A program made the position numbers and the translations under genes. This document shows positions 27,231 to 37,668 of a stretch of 64,000 bases of DNA, in pieces. Under the pieces are notes generated by a model. The model did not search any database and was not told the DNA's origin. It was given only the letters and a program-made list of their open reading frames with translations. The stretch is from a virus, in the IMG/VR virus record IMGVR_UViG_3300031707_002920, positions 1 through 64,000 of that record. One strand, written 5' to 3'. Numbering within the stretch: the stretch's first letter is position 1; each line of letters starts with the position of its first letter.

Positions 27231-28457
27231 ATGAAGAAAAATGTATTAATTATTGGTGCTGGCGGTGTTGCACAAGTAGCAGCTCATAAATGTGCACAAA
27301 ATAATGATATTTTAGGTGATATTTGTATTGCATCTCGTACTAAAAGCAAATGTGAAGAAATAATTAATGGTATTTATCGATTGAATAATTTAAAAGATAA
27401 GACAAAAATGATATGCTCACGACAAATAGACGCTCTAAACGTGCAGTCTACAATACAATTGATAAAAGATACGAATTCATCAATTGTACTGAATTTAGGA
27501 TCAGCGTTTATTAACATGTCAGTTCTTGAAGCATGTATTCAAGCTAAAGTAGATTATTTAGACACTGCGATTCATGAAGAACTTGATAGAGTAGCAACTA
27601 TTTGCGAACCACCGCCGTGGTACGCAAATTACGAATGGAAAAGGAAAGATCGTTGTACCGCTGCTAAAATTAATGCTATTTTGGGCGTAGGTTTCGATCC
27701 AGGCGTCGTCAATGCTTATTGTAAGCTTGCTGCAAATGAATATTTTGATAAAATTGATACTATCGATATTATGGATGTAAATGACGGTCGTCATGGTAAG
27801 TATTTTGCTACTAATTTTGATCCAGAAATTAATTTTAGAGAATTTGTTGGTACGGTATTAACGTGGGTCGATCAAAAATGGGTCCGTAAATCGATGCATT
27901 CTGAAAAAATGATTTATAAATTCCCGATAGTTGGTGAACAGACGATTTATCTTACAGGTCACGACGAATTACATTCATTGTCTAAAAATATAGATGCTAA
28001 TAGTATTCGATTTTGGATGGGATTTAGCGATCATTATATTAATTGTTTTACCGTGCTTAAAAATATTGGTCTGTTATCAGAAAAACCAGTAATTGTCGAA
28101 GGTTGCGAAATTAGACCGTTGAAAGTAGTTAAAGCTTGTTTACCTGATCCTAAGACATTAGCACCCGATTATAAAGGTAAAACATGCATCGGCTGTCTAG
28201 TGAAAGGCACAAGAGATAATCAAAATAGAGAATTGTTTATTTATAACATCTGCGATCACGAAGATTGTTATCGTGAAACAGCGTCGCAGGCAATAAGTTA
28301 TACTGCAGGCGTACCGATTGTAGCAGCTGCCATACTTGTTGCGACAGACGTGTGGAGTCCTAAAACCATGGTAAATGTCGAAGAATTGCAGCCTGACGTA
28401 TTTCTGCGATTGCTTGATAAGATGGGCCTCCCGACAACGCTAAGCTTTTTAAAATGA
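27231..28457 (+). CDS. Carboxy(nor)spermidine dehydrogenase (saccharopine dehydrogenase family)
   Basis: IIGAGGVAQVAAHKCAQ, GFDPGV, FATNFDPEINFRE, SQAISYTAGVP, NVEEL. Confidence 0.9.
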   Translation: MKKNVLIIGAGGVAQVAAHKCAQNNDILGDICIASRTKSKCEEIINGIYRLNNLKDKTKMICSRQIDALNVQSTIQLIKDTNSSIVLNLGSAFINMSVLEACIQAKVDYLDTAIHEELDRVATICEPPPWYANYEWKRKDRCTAAKINAILGVGFDPGVVNAYCKLAANEYFDKIDTIDIMDVNDGRHGKYFATNFDPEINFREFVGTVLTWVDQKWVRKSMHSEKMIYKFPIVGEQTIYLTGHDELHSLSKNIDANSIRFWMGFSDHYINCFTVLKNIGLLSEKPVIVEGCEIRPLKVVKACLPDPKTLAPDYKGKTCIGCLVKGTRDNQNRELFIYNICDHEDCYRETASQAISYTAGVPIVAAAILVATDVWSPKTMVNVEELQPDVFLRLLDKMGLPTTLSFLK

Positions 28458-28467
28458 TTAGATTAAT

Positions 28468-29025
28468 ATGAATGTGTATGTGCTTTCTCGCCAAGAAATT
28501 GAACATATTATTACGTCGCATTATAAGAAATTTAATAAATGGGCATTGATTTCAATTTATAATATGTCAGGACCATTACTCAATGAGTGTACTAAAGAAA
28601 TATTACGTCTTATTGGTTGTCATAAAACGTTAAGCCTTAAGTTTTCTGATATTTCAAACACTGAATATTATAGATTAATAAATCAGTTTAAGACGAGAGC
28701 AGTCAATAGATTATTTTTATTTTCAACTGTTCAAGCGAAGAAAATAATATCTTTTGTAGATCGTATAAATACTAATACCACTGATCTAGTCGTCCATTGT
28801 GAGGCCGGAATAAGTAGATCTGGAGCTGTCGCATTATTTGCTTGTAGATATTTAAATTTAGATGAACAGCAATTTTGGCAATTAAATAAACGCAAAGGCA
28901 AGCATAAACAGATTCAGCCTAATCGATATGTGTATGACACGCTATATCACGTGTCGGGTATGAAGAAGTTATATCAAAGTTTTTGGCAAGGCGCTATAAG
29001 CGACAAACTTACAACAAAAACTTGA
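28468..29025 (+). CDS. Protein-tyrosine-phosphatase-like protein
   Basis: VHCEAGISRSGAVA (CX5R), QPNRYV. Confidence 0.85.
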   Translation: MNVYVLSRQEIEHIITSHYKKFNKWALISIYNMSGPLLNECTKEILRLIGCHKTLSLKFSDISNTEYYRLINQFKTRAVNRLFLFSTVQAKKIISFVDRINTNTTDLVVHCEAGISRSGAVALFACRYLNLDEQQFWQLNKRKGKHKQIQPNRYVYDTLYHVSGMKKLYQSFWQGAISDKLTTKT

Positions 29026-29260
29026 CTAAACAAGGAGGAGTCATGTTTTGTGCATCATGTAATATTGAAGTAGACAATGATGATTTTACATGTGAAGAGT
29101 GTGGTAGCGCTTTATGTGAAACTTGTTATAAAGAAAATGATAGTTTATGTAAAGATTGTGTAAATACATTAGTTAATGATGACGAAGAAGTTAGTGAGTT
29201 GGGAAAATCTAAAAATACAACATTTGATTACGACGCCGCTTTTAACGAAGATGAATAATT

Positions 29261-29926
29261 ATGAATTTTGCGAATTTTATTGAAACATGTCGAGTATTGA
29301 GGGCAACGTCGACTGCAGCTATTGTTAGTTTAGTGTTTGCAGACATCGAGCACGAATATAATATGTCATACAGACATTATCACAACAAATCGCATATTGA
29401 AGATTGCCAGGCTGAATTAAAACAAATTATAGCAGATGATGCTAAATTGCTTGATTTGTATGAAATAGCAATTATCTCATTTGCGATTTATTATCACGAT
29501 ATTGTTATGTTATATCAAAACTACGTGTGTTCTTGCGAATGGTTGTCAACGCAACGTTCAGAATATGATTGTTTGCGGTTAGGCATAGACTCCAATGTAC
29601 AGCGCGATGCTAGGCTGCTTATATTAGCAACAGAATTAAGTAGGCAAACGACACAATTATTTTTAACATCGTCTAAGCAAAAGATTATAGCTGACATTGA
29701 TATTTCAGTGTTTGGTAAAAATATGCAAGATTTACTAGAAGTAGAGCAACAAATTAGACAAGAACATTTTTACGTACCAAATGATTTATACATTAAAGAA
29801 CGAACTAAGATATTACAATCATTTTTAGATCGACCACATGTTTATCACACTCCATATTTTTGTGAAAAATATGAGAAAATTGCGATTGATAATTTGAAAG
29901 AACTAATCATTAGTTTAAAAGAGTAA
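29261..29926 (+). CDS. HD-domain phosphohydrolase
   Basis: RHYHNKSH, YYHDIV, ADIDISVFG. Confidence 0.82.
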   Translation: MNFANFIETCRVLRATSTAAIVSLVFADIEHEYNMSYRHYHNKSHIEDCQAELKQIIADDAKLLDLYEIAIISFAIYYHDIVMLYQNYVCSCEWLSTQRSEYDCLRLGIDSNVQRDARLLILATELSRQTTQLFLTSSKQKIIADIDISVFGKNMQDLLEVEQQIRQEHFYVPNDLYIKERTKILQSFLDRPHVYHTPYFCEKYEKIAIDNLKELIISLKE

Positions 29927-29927
29927 T

Positions 29928-30281
29928 ATGCGAGGTTACATACGAGTATATGATTGTGAAAATAATATTAGTGTACAATGGACACGATATCCAATAACAC
30001 GTTTAAAAATACCGTTTGAAACAGGCATCGCAGAAGCTAACACTATAAATGATAAAGATTGGTGGATTACTCGCGTATTAGTTAATCCTAAATCGCTTCG
30101 AAATAAAGGTATTGGTTCTCGGATTTTAACTCGATTATGTAAAGAAATTAGAAAGAAGAATTATAAATCAATATCTGTAGCGCCCGGTGGATATGATAAC
30201 GATAAATCTCGACAATTTAAGTTTTATCAAAAAAATGGTTTTCGTATTTCTACTACATCAAAAGAATTATTATTATTATGA
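29928..30281 (+). CDS. GNAT-family acetyltransferase
   Basis: V.P...RNKGIGSRIL...FYQKNGF. Confidence 0.82.
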   Translation: MRGYIRVYDCENNISVQWTRYPITRLKIPFETGIAEANTINDKDWWITRVLVNPKSLRNKGIGSRILTRLCKEIRKKNYKSISVAPGGYDNDKSRQFKFYQKNGFRISTTSKELLLL

Positions 30282-30795
30282 AAACGCTTGTATTTATATT
30301 TTTAATAGTACTGTGTTGTAATGCATCTGACTCATTAGCTGACTCAATTACAAGTATAATTAATAAAAAAGGTGAAAATTTTATTATCAATTGCTTAGCT
30401 GATAGGGTCAAATTAGACCTTGATACTATAGACGAGTTTGAATGGACGTATCAATCTTTAAGGACATTTCCTATTAAAACCGGTGATACATTTAATATTC
30501 CTGGTTGCGATGAAGATAAAAATTATAAAACCATTGTAGGATTCAACAATATTATTTATTTATTTGATAATAAAACTGCTATAATTGGTATTAAATATCG
30601 GTATGCATCATTTAATGATGATGAGCCTTATATATATACGACACTTAAATATGAGATTAAGACAGTTTTAAGTCAATGGCCAATGTGGAAATTTGTAAAA
30701 TGTTATTATACGGTGACGTCAAAAAATCAAATTATGGGAATTCAATGACAATAATGTTGATTATTTAATTGATAATCACTTTAACACGATAGACC

Positions 30796-31207
30796 GGGGG
30801 TGTAAGGTTTCGACAGATTGGGTGAAGTAACAGTTGCATGTAGAGGAAATCACTGGTTGGCCTCTTAAATCATCCGGTGAACTTTAACTGCCAACACAGG
30901 TGCAGTTCTGGGTGCAAAATTCGCAACACAGTTTGCTGTTCTTTGCGGATTGACCTCCCAGGTCAGCGTTGCTTAATTTAAAAGCAACAGAGTTTTAGTG
31001 AGAGCCACGGTAGCTAAAACTTCAAGTAGTGTGGATAGGACAACCGAATCGCAGTAGAGAAGGGGACCGAAATGACGTCTGCGCCTCTTACTTGTGAAGC
31101 TTGCTGATTCTTAGTAATAAGATAAGAGGAAGTTACAGAATCAGATAAACATGTAGTAACTGTTATAGAGCACATTCTGGACAGGGGTTCAATTCCCCTC
31201 ACCTCCA
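30796..31207 (+). ncRNA. ssrA: tmRNA
   Basis: GGGGGTG...TTCGAC 5' end, GGGG-TTCAATT-CCCC-TCACCTCCA 3' end with G3-U70; tag ORF 30890-30976 after TTAACT. Confidence 0.92.
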
Positions 31208-31224
31208 TTTTTTCTAAAAATCAA

Positions 31225-31923
31225 ATGATTAAAGACATTCGATTTTTGTCATTCGAAATTGGTACTACTTGTAATCTTTCTAATAAGCATTCTTGGTGCC
31301 CTATCAACGATCAATTACGATATCCTCTGCACGAATCAAAACTACTCTTAAATGATAATGACATTGTAAAGTTCGCTAAATCAGTGATAAGTCGAGGATT
31401 CAATGGTGAAATAGCGTTTCATTACTACAACGAACCATGTTTATCGCCCGATCGCATGAAAAATATCATGAATCAATTACCGGTAGCAAAATTTATATTG
31501 TGGACTAATGGTCTTTTATTAAGAAATCTTGATCAAAAATTAATAAAATCTATGAATCGCGTATGCATATCAATCTACGAACTTGATAAAATGGACTACT
31601 TCAACAACTTTTGTAAGCAATTTTCTAATATGACAGCATCACTGGCTCCCCACGATGCTCGCGCAAATGTTTATAAAGCGCCCGCTGCTAATCCGGGATT
31701 TTGTATACGACCATCACAGACTGAAATAGCTATAAATGCCTATGGAAACTTAAGGATGTGTTGCTCAGATTTTAGAGGCCAAGTAAGCTTAGGAAATATC
31801 ACTCTTGAAGATCATAATTTTTTATTAGATGCTTGGGAAGAAATGGCTATTTTAATACAAGAATATGGATCTCATCTATGTTCTCAGTGCCGTAGCATTC
31901 ATTCACCCTGTATAATGACATGA
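31225..31923 (+). CDS. Radical-SAM/SPASM-like protein
   Basis: EIGTTCNLSNKHSWCP, YNEP, TNG, C...GNLRMCCSD...GNI...CSQC. Confidence 0.8.
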   Translation: MIKDIRFLSFEIGTTCNLSNKHSWCPINDQLRYPLHESKLLLNDNDIVKFAKSVISRGFNGEIAFHYYNEPCLSPDRMKNIMNQLPVAKFILWTNGLLLRNLDQKLIKSMNRVCISIYELDKMDYFNNFCKQFSNMTASLAPHDARANVYKAPAANPGFCIRPSQTEIAINAYGNLRMCCSDFRGQVSLGNITLEDHNFLLDAWEEMAILIQEYGSHLCSQCRSIHSPCIMT

Positions 31924-32699
31924 AAATCGGTGCTACTTTACTTGTATATAATGAAATTGATGTAATACATCAAGTAATGCGTCATTATATTCCCGTGCTC
32001 GATTATTTTATCGTGCTTAACAATATGAGCACAGATGGAACTCGAGAAGCTGTTCAATCGTACACGCAGTGTTCTAATGTGACTAATGTAATATTATTGG
32101 ACGTTATATCGAAGACTTATTGGCAAAAAGAATGGGTGACTCGTGCATGTAAGCATCTCATTCAATTGGGCGCAGACTGGATAATTAATTTGGACGCAGA
32201 TGAAATTTATACTGGCAGTATTAGAAATGTTATAGAGCAAGTAGACGCTCAGGGATTTAATCAAATTTATGCGACAGGCGCTTTTTATTATCCTACCATA
32301 TTTGACGACGCGTTTGAATTAAATCCGTTTAAACGTATAACTTATCATGATTCATTTGATATTAAGTATAGTAACGATAAGATGATATTTAAAAAAGATG
32401 GATTTTTGTCTGTCTGTCAAGGCAATCATTGGGCATTCTTTGATGGTATGATAAAACCACGCATGATGCGAACTCAAAATATATTATTACACCATTATCC
32501 AGATAGGTCGGCGCAGCAATTTGCTTCTAAGTATCGGGGTAAATTCTCTGAACAGAAATTGAAGAATATGGGTGTCGGATGGCAAGCTAAAAATCGTATT
32601 TGGTTAGAAGGAGGCGATGAAGCTTTAATACGATATTATAACGACAATGTTGTCTTGAAAGAGAGGGATATAGTAGAAAGGAAATTAATAAATGATTAA
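31920..32699 (+). CDS. Glycosyltransferase family 2
   Basis: VYNE, NNMSTDGT, WIINLDADE. Confidence 0.85.
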   Translation: MKIGATLLVYNEIDVIHQVMRHYIPVLDYFIVLNNMSTDGTREAVQSYTQCSNVTNVILLDVISKTYWQKEWVTRACKHLIQLGADWIINLDADEIYTGSIRNVIEQVDAQGFNQIYATGAFYYPTIFDDAFELNPFKRITYHDSFDIKYSNDKMIFKKDGFLSVCQGNHWAFFDGMIKPRMMRTQNILLHHYPDRSAQQFASKYRGKFSEQKLKNMGVGWQAKNRIWLEGGDEALIRYYNDNVVLKERDIVERKLIND

Positions 32700-33285
32700 T
32701 ATAGCTATACTTGGTGGAGCATTCGATCCAATTACTAATGGGCATGTTAAAATTGTCGAGGTCGTTTTAAATTCAAATTGTGCCGACGAAGTCTGGATAA
32801 TGCCTTGTTATAGACATAAATATAATAAGCAAATGGTGACTGCTAATGATCGTTTAAACATGTGTAAGTTGGCTGTAGGACTTAATACCAGGATTAAAGT
32901 ATCAAGTTTTGAGATTCGTTATAGATTTACTGGTGAAGTTTATAATATGTTTAAATTTTTACAATCTAAATTAAGCAGATTAGGGACGTATAGTTTTATT
33001 ATAGGTACGGACAATGCTAATACGATTGATCAATGGTTTAACTATCAAGAGCTATTGACTATTGTTAGATTTATCGTCGTCTCGAGACAAGGTGAGATAC
33101 AAGATCCAAAAGTCGACTGGTATTTAAAACGACCTCACATTTATTTACAGAGTAATGATATACCTGAAATCTCATCAACTCAAATAAGAAATGCTATAAA
33201 GTCGCACGATGATGTATTTGTTAGAAAAAATGTAAATCCTGAAGTTTTAGATTATGTTCATAAGAATAAATTTTATATTAGTTAG
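32692..33285 (+). CDS. nadD: Nicotinate-nucleotide adenylyltransferase
   Basis: GGAFDPITNGH, IIGTDN, ISSTQIR. Confidence 0.92.
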   Translation: MINIAILGGAFDPITNGHVKIVEVVLNSNCADEVWIMPCYRHKYNKQMVTANDRLNMCKLAVGLNTRIKVSSFEIRYRFTGEVYNMFKFLQSKLSRLGTYSFIIGTDNANTIDQWFNYQELLTIVRFIVVSRQGEIQDPKVDWYLKRPHIYLQSNDIPEISSTQIRNAIKSHDDVFVRKNVNPEVLDYVHKNKFYIS

Positions 33286-33336
33286 ATAAAAGCATTAATT
33301 ACAGGACCTTTTTAAAAATTTAATTAGGAGGATCAC

Positions 33337-33666
33337 ATGGCTATTAAGAAAGCAGTCGTATTACCGAGCGGTGTTGAATTGCCTGAAGCGTACCATAAAG
33401 TTATTGCTATAAACAATATTCGAAATGGTACTGACAATCGAGTATTGTACGAAGTAGCAGTGTACAAAGATAGCACTGCAAGAACAGCTAATAGAGGATC
33501 TGTTTTACAATTTACTATTCCAGTTACTGGTGACGATACTGCTAGATTTTTTGGAATTGATGTATTGAGTGTTGCGGGCGTTAATCAAGTTAAACAATGT
33601 TACGAACATTTAAAAACTCAAACAGCTAGAGATATTGATTATAGAGTCGATACTCTTGATGTATAA
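33337..33666 (+). CDS. Hypothetical protein
   Basis: AGGAGG RBS; followed by terminator. Confidence 0.7.
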   Translation: MAIKKAVVLPSGVELPEAYHKVIAINNIRNGTDNRVLYEVAVYKDSTARTANRGSVLQFTIPVTGDDTARFFGIDVLSVAGVNQVKQCYEHLKTQTARDIDYRVDTLDV

Positions 33667-33694
33667 AAAAACTAAATAAAATCAATTTTAATGT

Positions 33695-33728
33695 AAGCTG
33701 TTTGTCTAAAGATAAACAGCTTTTTTTA
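33695..33728 (+). terminator. Intrinsic terminator
   Basis: AAGCTGTTTGTC-TAAA-GATAAACAGC-T8. Confidence 0.8.
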
Positions 33729-34036
33729 TGTTAGCTCTCTTAACTATAAAGTTATGTATTTAATCATAATAAAATTTGTTATATAAATTTAATACTGATA
33801 AGCATTTTCGTATGTCTGTAGTCACGAAACAATTATTTATTTCATCTATATGGCGACATATATGCAAATATGACATGTATATATTTTTAGATTAGCAGAG
33901 AGTGTTTTCAATTTTACAATTACATCTTCGCCAAACTGTCGAGTAAAATACACAATTAAAACTCACAAGTATTAACAAATATTATTATTAGCGATTAATA
34001 TAGTCGGTCTTCAAGTTTTAAATTGACAATATAATT

Positions 34037-35173
34037 ATGTATTACTCTAAGTTAGAGTTACAAAAGATTTATCAAAAGATAGATATCGATAAATTTTTTA
34101 AACATTACAATACTAAGATAGATAGTCAATTTGGCGATGAACTTAGAATGTGCTGCATCTTACCAGGTCATAAAGATAATTCACCGTCTGCAAGTTTTAA
34201 CGTAAAGAAGGGCATATATAATTGTTTTGTTTGTGGTGGAAAAAATTTTTTTACGCTAGTTCAAGAATTAGAAAGTTTGAAATCTTTTAAGAATAGTGTT
34301 GAATTCGTTAAAAAAATGATCGGTTATGATAGTGATGAGACTACTCAAATAGATAATTTATTAGACGAATTGAAAGATATAAGAAATGAAGAAGACATTG
34401 AATTAGAAAAACTAGAATATATAGAAATAGATTTTGTCAAGCACTTAGAATTCGAAAATGCTTTTAAATACTTTAGTAAAGTTAAAAAACGCGTTAATAA
34501 GCAAATGATAGATTTTTGGCATTTAAAATATGCAACGAGTGGTTATTACAAGGGTAGATTAATCGTTCCAATTACTGTCGACAATAGAGTCATGTCTTTT
34601 GCAGCTCGTGATATGACCGGTAAAGCAAATAGGTGGTTAAAGTTATTAAAACAAGCAAAAAAAGATAGGCTGACTATAACAGAAATCGCAGAATTAAAAA
34701 TAAAGTATGAGTGTAAAAAGATATTATATCCGCCCGTCATCGATAAGGATAGTGAAATAGTTCATAAAGATAACATAATTTATGGTACTCATGTAAAATT
34801 TCTATTGTTTAATTTTGACAATGCAGTCGGCACAAATAAAGATTATGTTATTTTAGTTGAGGGTGTTTTTGATTGTATGAGATTGTTTTCGTGGGGATTC
34901 AATGCTGTCGCTCTATGTGGTACAAAGTTGAGTTCATACAACAGGTCATTATTACTCAGACATTTTGATAAAATATTCGTAGCACTCGACAATGATGCTG
35001 ATAAGACAAAGAATGCGGGACAAGTGGCTGCACAATCAATTATAGACAGTCTTAAAGCTGAAGTTGATGTTTATAATATAGTTTTACCGTCAAACAAAGA
35101 TCCTGATGAATGTACTCTAGAACAATTTACACATTGTTTTAATGAGTCAATGAATGAAAAAATAATTTTTTGA
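34037..35173 (+). CDS. dnaG: DNA primase (CHC2 Zn finger + TOPRIM)
   Basis: CILPGH..NSPS...YNCFVCG; LVEGVFD; ALDND; KDPD. Confidence 0.9.
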   Translation: MYYSKLELQKIYQKIDIDKFFKHYNTKIDSQFGDELRMCCILPGHKDNSPSASFNVKKGIYNCFVCGGKNFFTLVQELESLKSFKNSVEFVKKMIGYDSDETTQIDNLLDELKDIRNEEDIELEKLEYIEIDFVKHLEFENAFKYFSKVKKRVNKQMIDFWHLKYATSGYYKGRLIVPITVDNRVMSFAARDMTGKANRWLKLLKQAKKDRLTITEIAELKIKYECKKILYPPVIDKDSEIVHKDNIIYGTHVKFLLFNFDNAVGTNKDYVILVEGVFDCMRLFSWGFNAVALCGTKLSSYNRSLLLRHFDKIFVALDNDADKTKNAGQVAAQSIIDSLKAEVDVYNIVLPSNKDPDECTLEQFTHCFNESMNEKIIF

Positions 35174-35291
35174 AAAAAAGTATGTACATCGAACAATTTA
35201 TAAATTATTTATAATTAGTATAGGTTATTTTTGTTTAAATGGATTCTCGCTTCGTCGACTCATTAACAATCTACTGTCGGGAGGGGATTTC

Positions 35292-36038
35292 ATGCCGATT
35301 ATAACTGATGAATCTTTGATTGCACAATACAGATTGCCACAGACTACAGAAACGAAGCAAACACGAATTTTTAAAATATTATTAAATCGCAGACGCGAAA
35401 ATGATAGTAAAAATTCATGGCATATAGTCATTAAAAAATACGTTAAATGGCGCATATCGAAATCAAAACACGGATTTGATATATACGATGAAGACGATCT
35501 GTACCAGCGCTGTCTATGCTGTTTATACAAGGCTGTATCTGAAAAATTTGATTTCGATTACGGCGTAAAGTTTTCTACTTATATGTACACAGCATTGGAG
35601 AAGACAGTTAATAGAGTTATGGTCGAACTTCGAAAAAAGAAGCGCACAGTCGAAGTCAATTTTGAAATTGACGGTAAGATCGTCAGTAAACGATTAAGTC
35701 CTCGATCTTTTACGGATAGCTTACAAGAGCCTGTTAATAGCGATGAACATTCAATAACATTGAGCGAAGTAATACCTGACAAAAGTGATGATATATCTGA
35801 AGATGAAGGCGAAATTGCAGAAGCTATACTTGATAAATGTAAAAAATATCTATCGCCGATGCAATATGACATATTTATAAGAAGTAATATTCAAGGTTTA
35901 ATTTCTGGTAAAGAATTGGCAAAAAAATATAATAAATCAGAACCCACAATATCAGCTATTAAAAAACGAAAAATCGCTAGAGCATTAGAGAAAATTAGAA
36001 ACGAAACCATTGAAGAGTTCAATCTTGCAGTTCATTAA
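35292..36038 (+). CDS. RNA polymerase sigma-70-family factor
   Basis: EDDLYQ...LYKAV.KFD...KFSTY; C-terminal HTH. Confidence 0.82.
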   Translation: MPIITDESLIAQYRLPQTTETKQTRIFKILLNRRRENDSKNSWHIVIKKYVKWRISKSKHGFDIYDEDDLYQRCLCCLYKAVSEKFDFDYGVKFSTYMYTALEKTVNRVMVELRKKKRTVEVNFEIDGKIVSKRLSPRSFTDSLQEPVNSDEHSITLSEVIPDKSDDISEDEGEIAEAILDKCKKYLSPMQYDIFIRSNIQGLISGKELAKKYNKSEPTISAIKKRKIARALEKIRNETIEEFNLAVH

Positions 36039-36081
36039 CAATTTCGTAAATCAATGAAGAAATTTTGTTAATGAATTATAT

Positions 36082-36594
36082 ATGAGTAAAAACAAAAATT
36101 GGTTCGTTCTTTTCGTAATGCAAGGTAAAGAATTTTATATTAAAGACAAACTTCTCCAACTAGTAGAAGATAAAAAAATTGACGATGTTTTATTACCAAC
36201 AATTAAAGAAATATCTGAAGTCCGCAGGAAGAAAATAGTCAGAAACCTTCCAGTATATCCAAGCTACTTGTTCATCCACGCTTGTCTTACAAGTGACATC
36301 AAATCAGCGATCCTCGAAACAAACTTCGTAGTAAAATTTTTAGGCGTCAACCATCCACGACCAATTAAAGATGAAGAAATGGACATTGTAAGAGCTATTG
36401 CCGGAAATTGTAAAATTAATAGCGCGTTCAAATTTAAGATCGGTGATATGATAGAAATATTAGGCGGTCATTGTAAAGGACTATCGGGTAGAGTGGTTGA
36501 TATCCTCAACGTCAATAACTTAAAAATAGAAATTCAAATTTTTAATAGGGCTATTTATACTGATTTACGAATAGAAGACGTCAAAGTGGCATAA
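36082..36594 (+). CDS. nusG: NusG-family transcription factor
   Basis: WFVLFV..GKE, YPSYLF, VKFLG..P.PI..EEM; KOW FKIGDMIEILGG. Confidence 0.9.
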   Translation: MSKNKNWFVLFVMQGKEFYIKDKLLQLVEDKKIDDVLLPTIKEISEVRRKKIVRNLPVYPSYLFIHACLTSDIKSAILETNFVVKFLGVNHPRPIKDEEMDIVRAIAGNCKINSAFKFKIGDMIEILGGHCKGLSGRVVDILNVNNLKIEIQIFNRAIYTDLRIEDVKVA

Positions 36595-36732
36595 GACATC
36601 TCACAGTCATCAATTTGATAAAAAGAAAATTATACGCATAACACACGATCTTATACTGACTCTTCGATAATTCATTCTAAACTTATAAAAACATTGTAAG
36701 ATTTAGTATATACTTTACTTAAGAGGTGTTGT

Positions 36733-37617
36733 ATGAGAATTAAAAAAAAATTAGCTTGCAAAATTTGTAGTGGATTAAATTTTCATCCTGATCAAGTTGA
36801 AATTTTACTTGAAAAAGCATTTAAGTGTGAATATTGTAATGAGACATTTTTTGACAAAATTAACAAAGATCGAAAATATTGTAATGAATGTCAGTTATTA
36901 GCTAATAATAAAATCACAGGTAGATCACAATGTAGAAATAAAACAACGTCTAATTTCATAAAATATAATGGTATAACATTTAGAAGTTCTTGGGAAGCGC
37001 TAGTCGCACAACGCTTGCATAAATCACTATTCAAATATGAATATGAAAAATATAAGTTTTTTCTTAATGACAAGTTAGGTCACTATATACCTGATTTTTA
37101 TATTCCAGAAAAAGATGTATTTATTGAAGTAAAAAGTCAATGGTTATATAATTCAAGACAAAAAGTTGTAGAATTTAGAAAAAAATATCCTGAAAAAAAG
37201 TTATATGTTATTGAACCAATGGACGAATTTAGCATGATGATGATGATGCAATATTTATATGGATTATCACATTATGATTTTAATTCAATTGATGAAAAGT
37301 ATATTGAAGATAAAATAAAATATACATGTATGTTAATGATTGATGAGATAATAGAACTTCTTCGTGAAACGAATTATAAAGAACATAAAGAACGCAAACC
37401 CATTGATAAACAACACTTAATAGAAGAAACAACAGATGTTTTTATTTTTTTAATGAATATATTACACTTATTAAAAATTGATCCTAAAACGTTCATTCAT
37501 ACAGTTAAACAAAAATATACATTAAATAGATTTAGAATATTGTTTCCAAAAATTAAATTCAAATCAATTTCTTCTTTTGCAACAGATTTTCATATAAGTT
37601 CTTTAAAAAGACAATGA
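36733..37617 (+). CDS. Zn finger/PD-(D/E)xK endonuclease fused to an all-alpha dUTPase/dCTPase-like domain
   Basis: FRSSWE...YIPDF...IEVK; DEIIELL.ETNYKEH...EETTDVFIF. Confidence 0.72.
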   Translation: MRIKKKLACKICSGLNFHPDQVEILLEKAFKCEYCNETFFDKINKDRKYCNECQLLANNKITGRSQCRNKTTSNFIKYNGITFRSSWEALVAQRLHKSLFKYEYEKYKFFLNDKLGHYIPDFYIPEKDVFIEVKSQWLYNSRQKVVEFRKKYPEKKLYVIEPMDEFSMMMMMQYLYGLSHYDFNSIDEKYIEDKIKYTCMLMIDEIIELLRETNYKEHKERKPIDKQHLIEETTDVFIFLMNILHLLKIDPKTFIHTVKQKYTLNRFRILFPKIKFKSISSFATDFHISSLKRQ

Positions 37618-37668
37618 ACTAACTTTTATTTTTAACAAGACATTGTAAATTTATAGGACTATATTATT

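Noticed and set aside
33730-34030. Replication origin in the AT-rich gap before the primase
   Set aside because: No iterons or DnaA-box cluster visible; cannot be supported from sequence alone.
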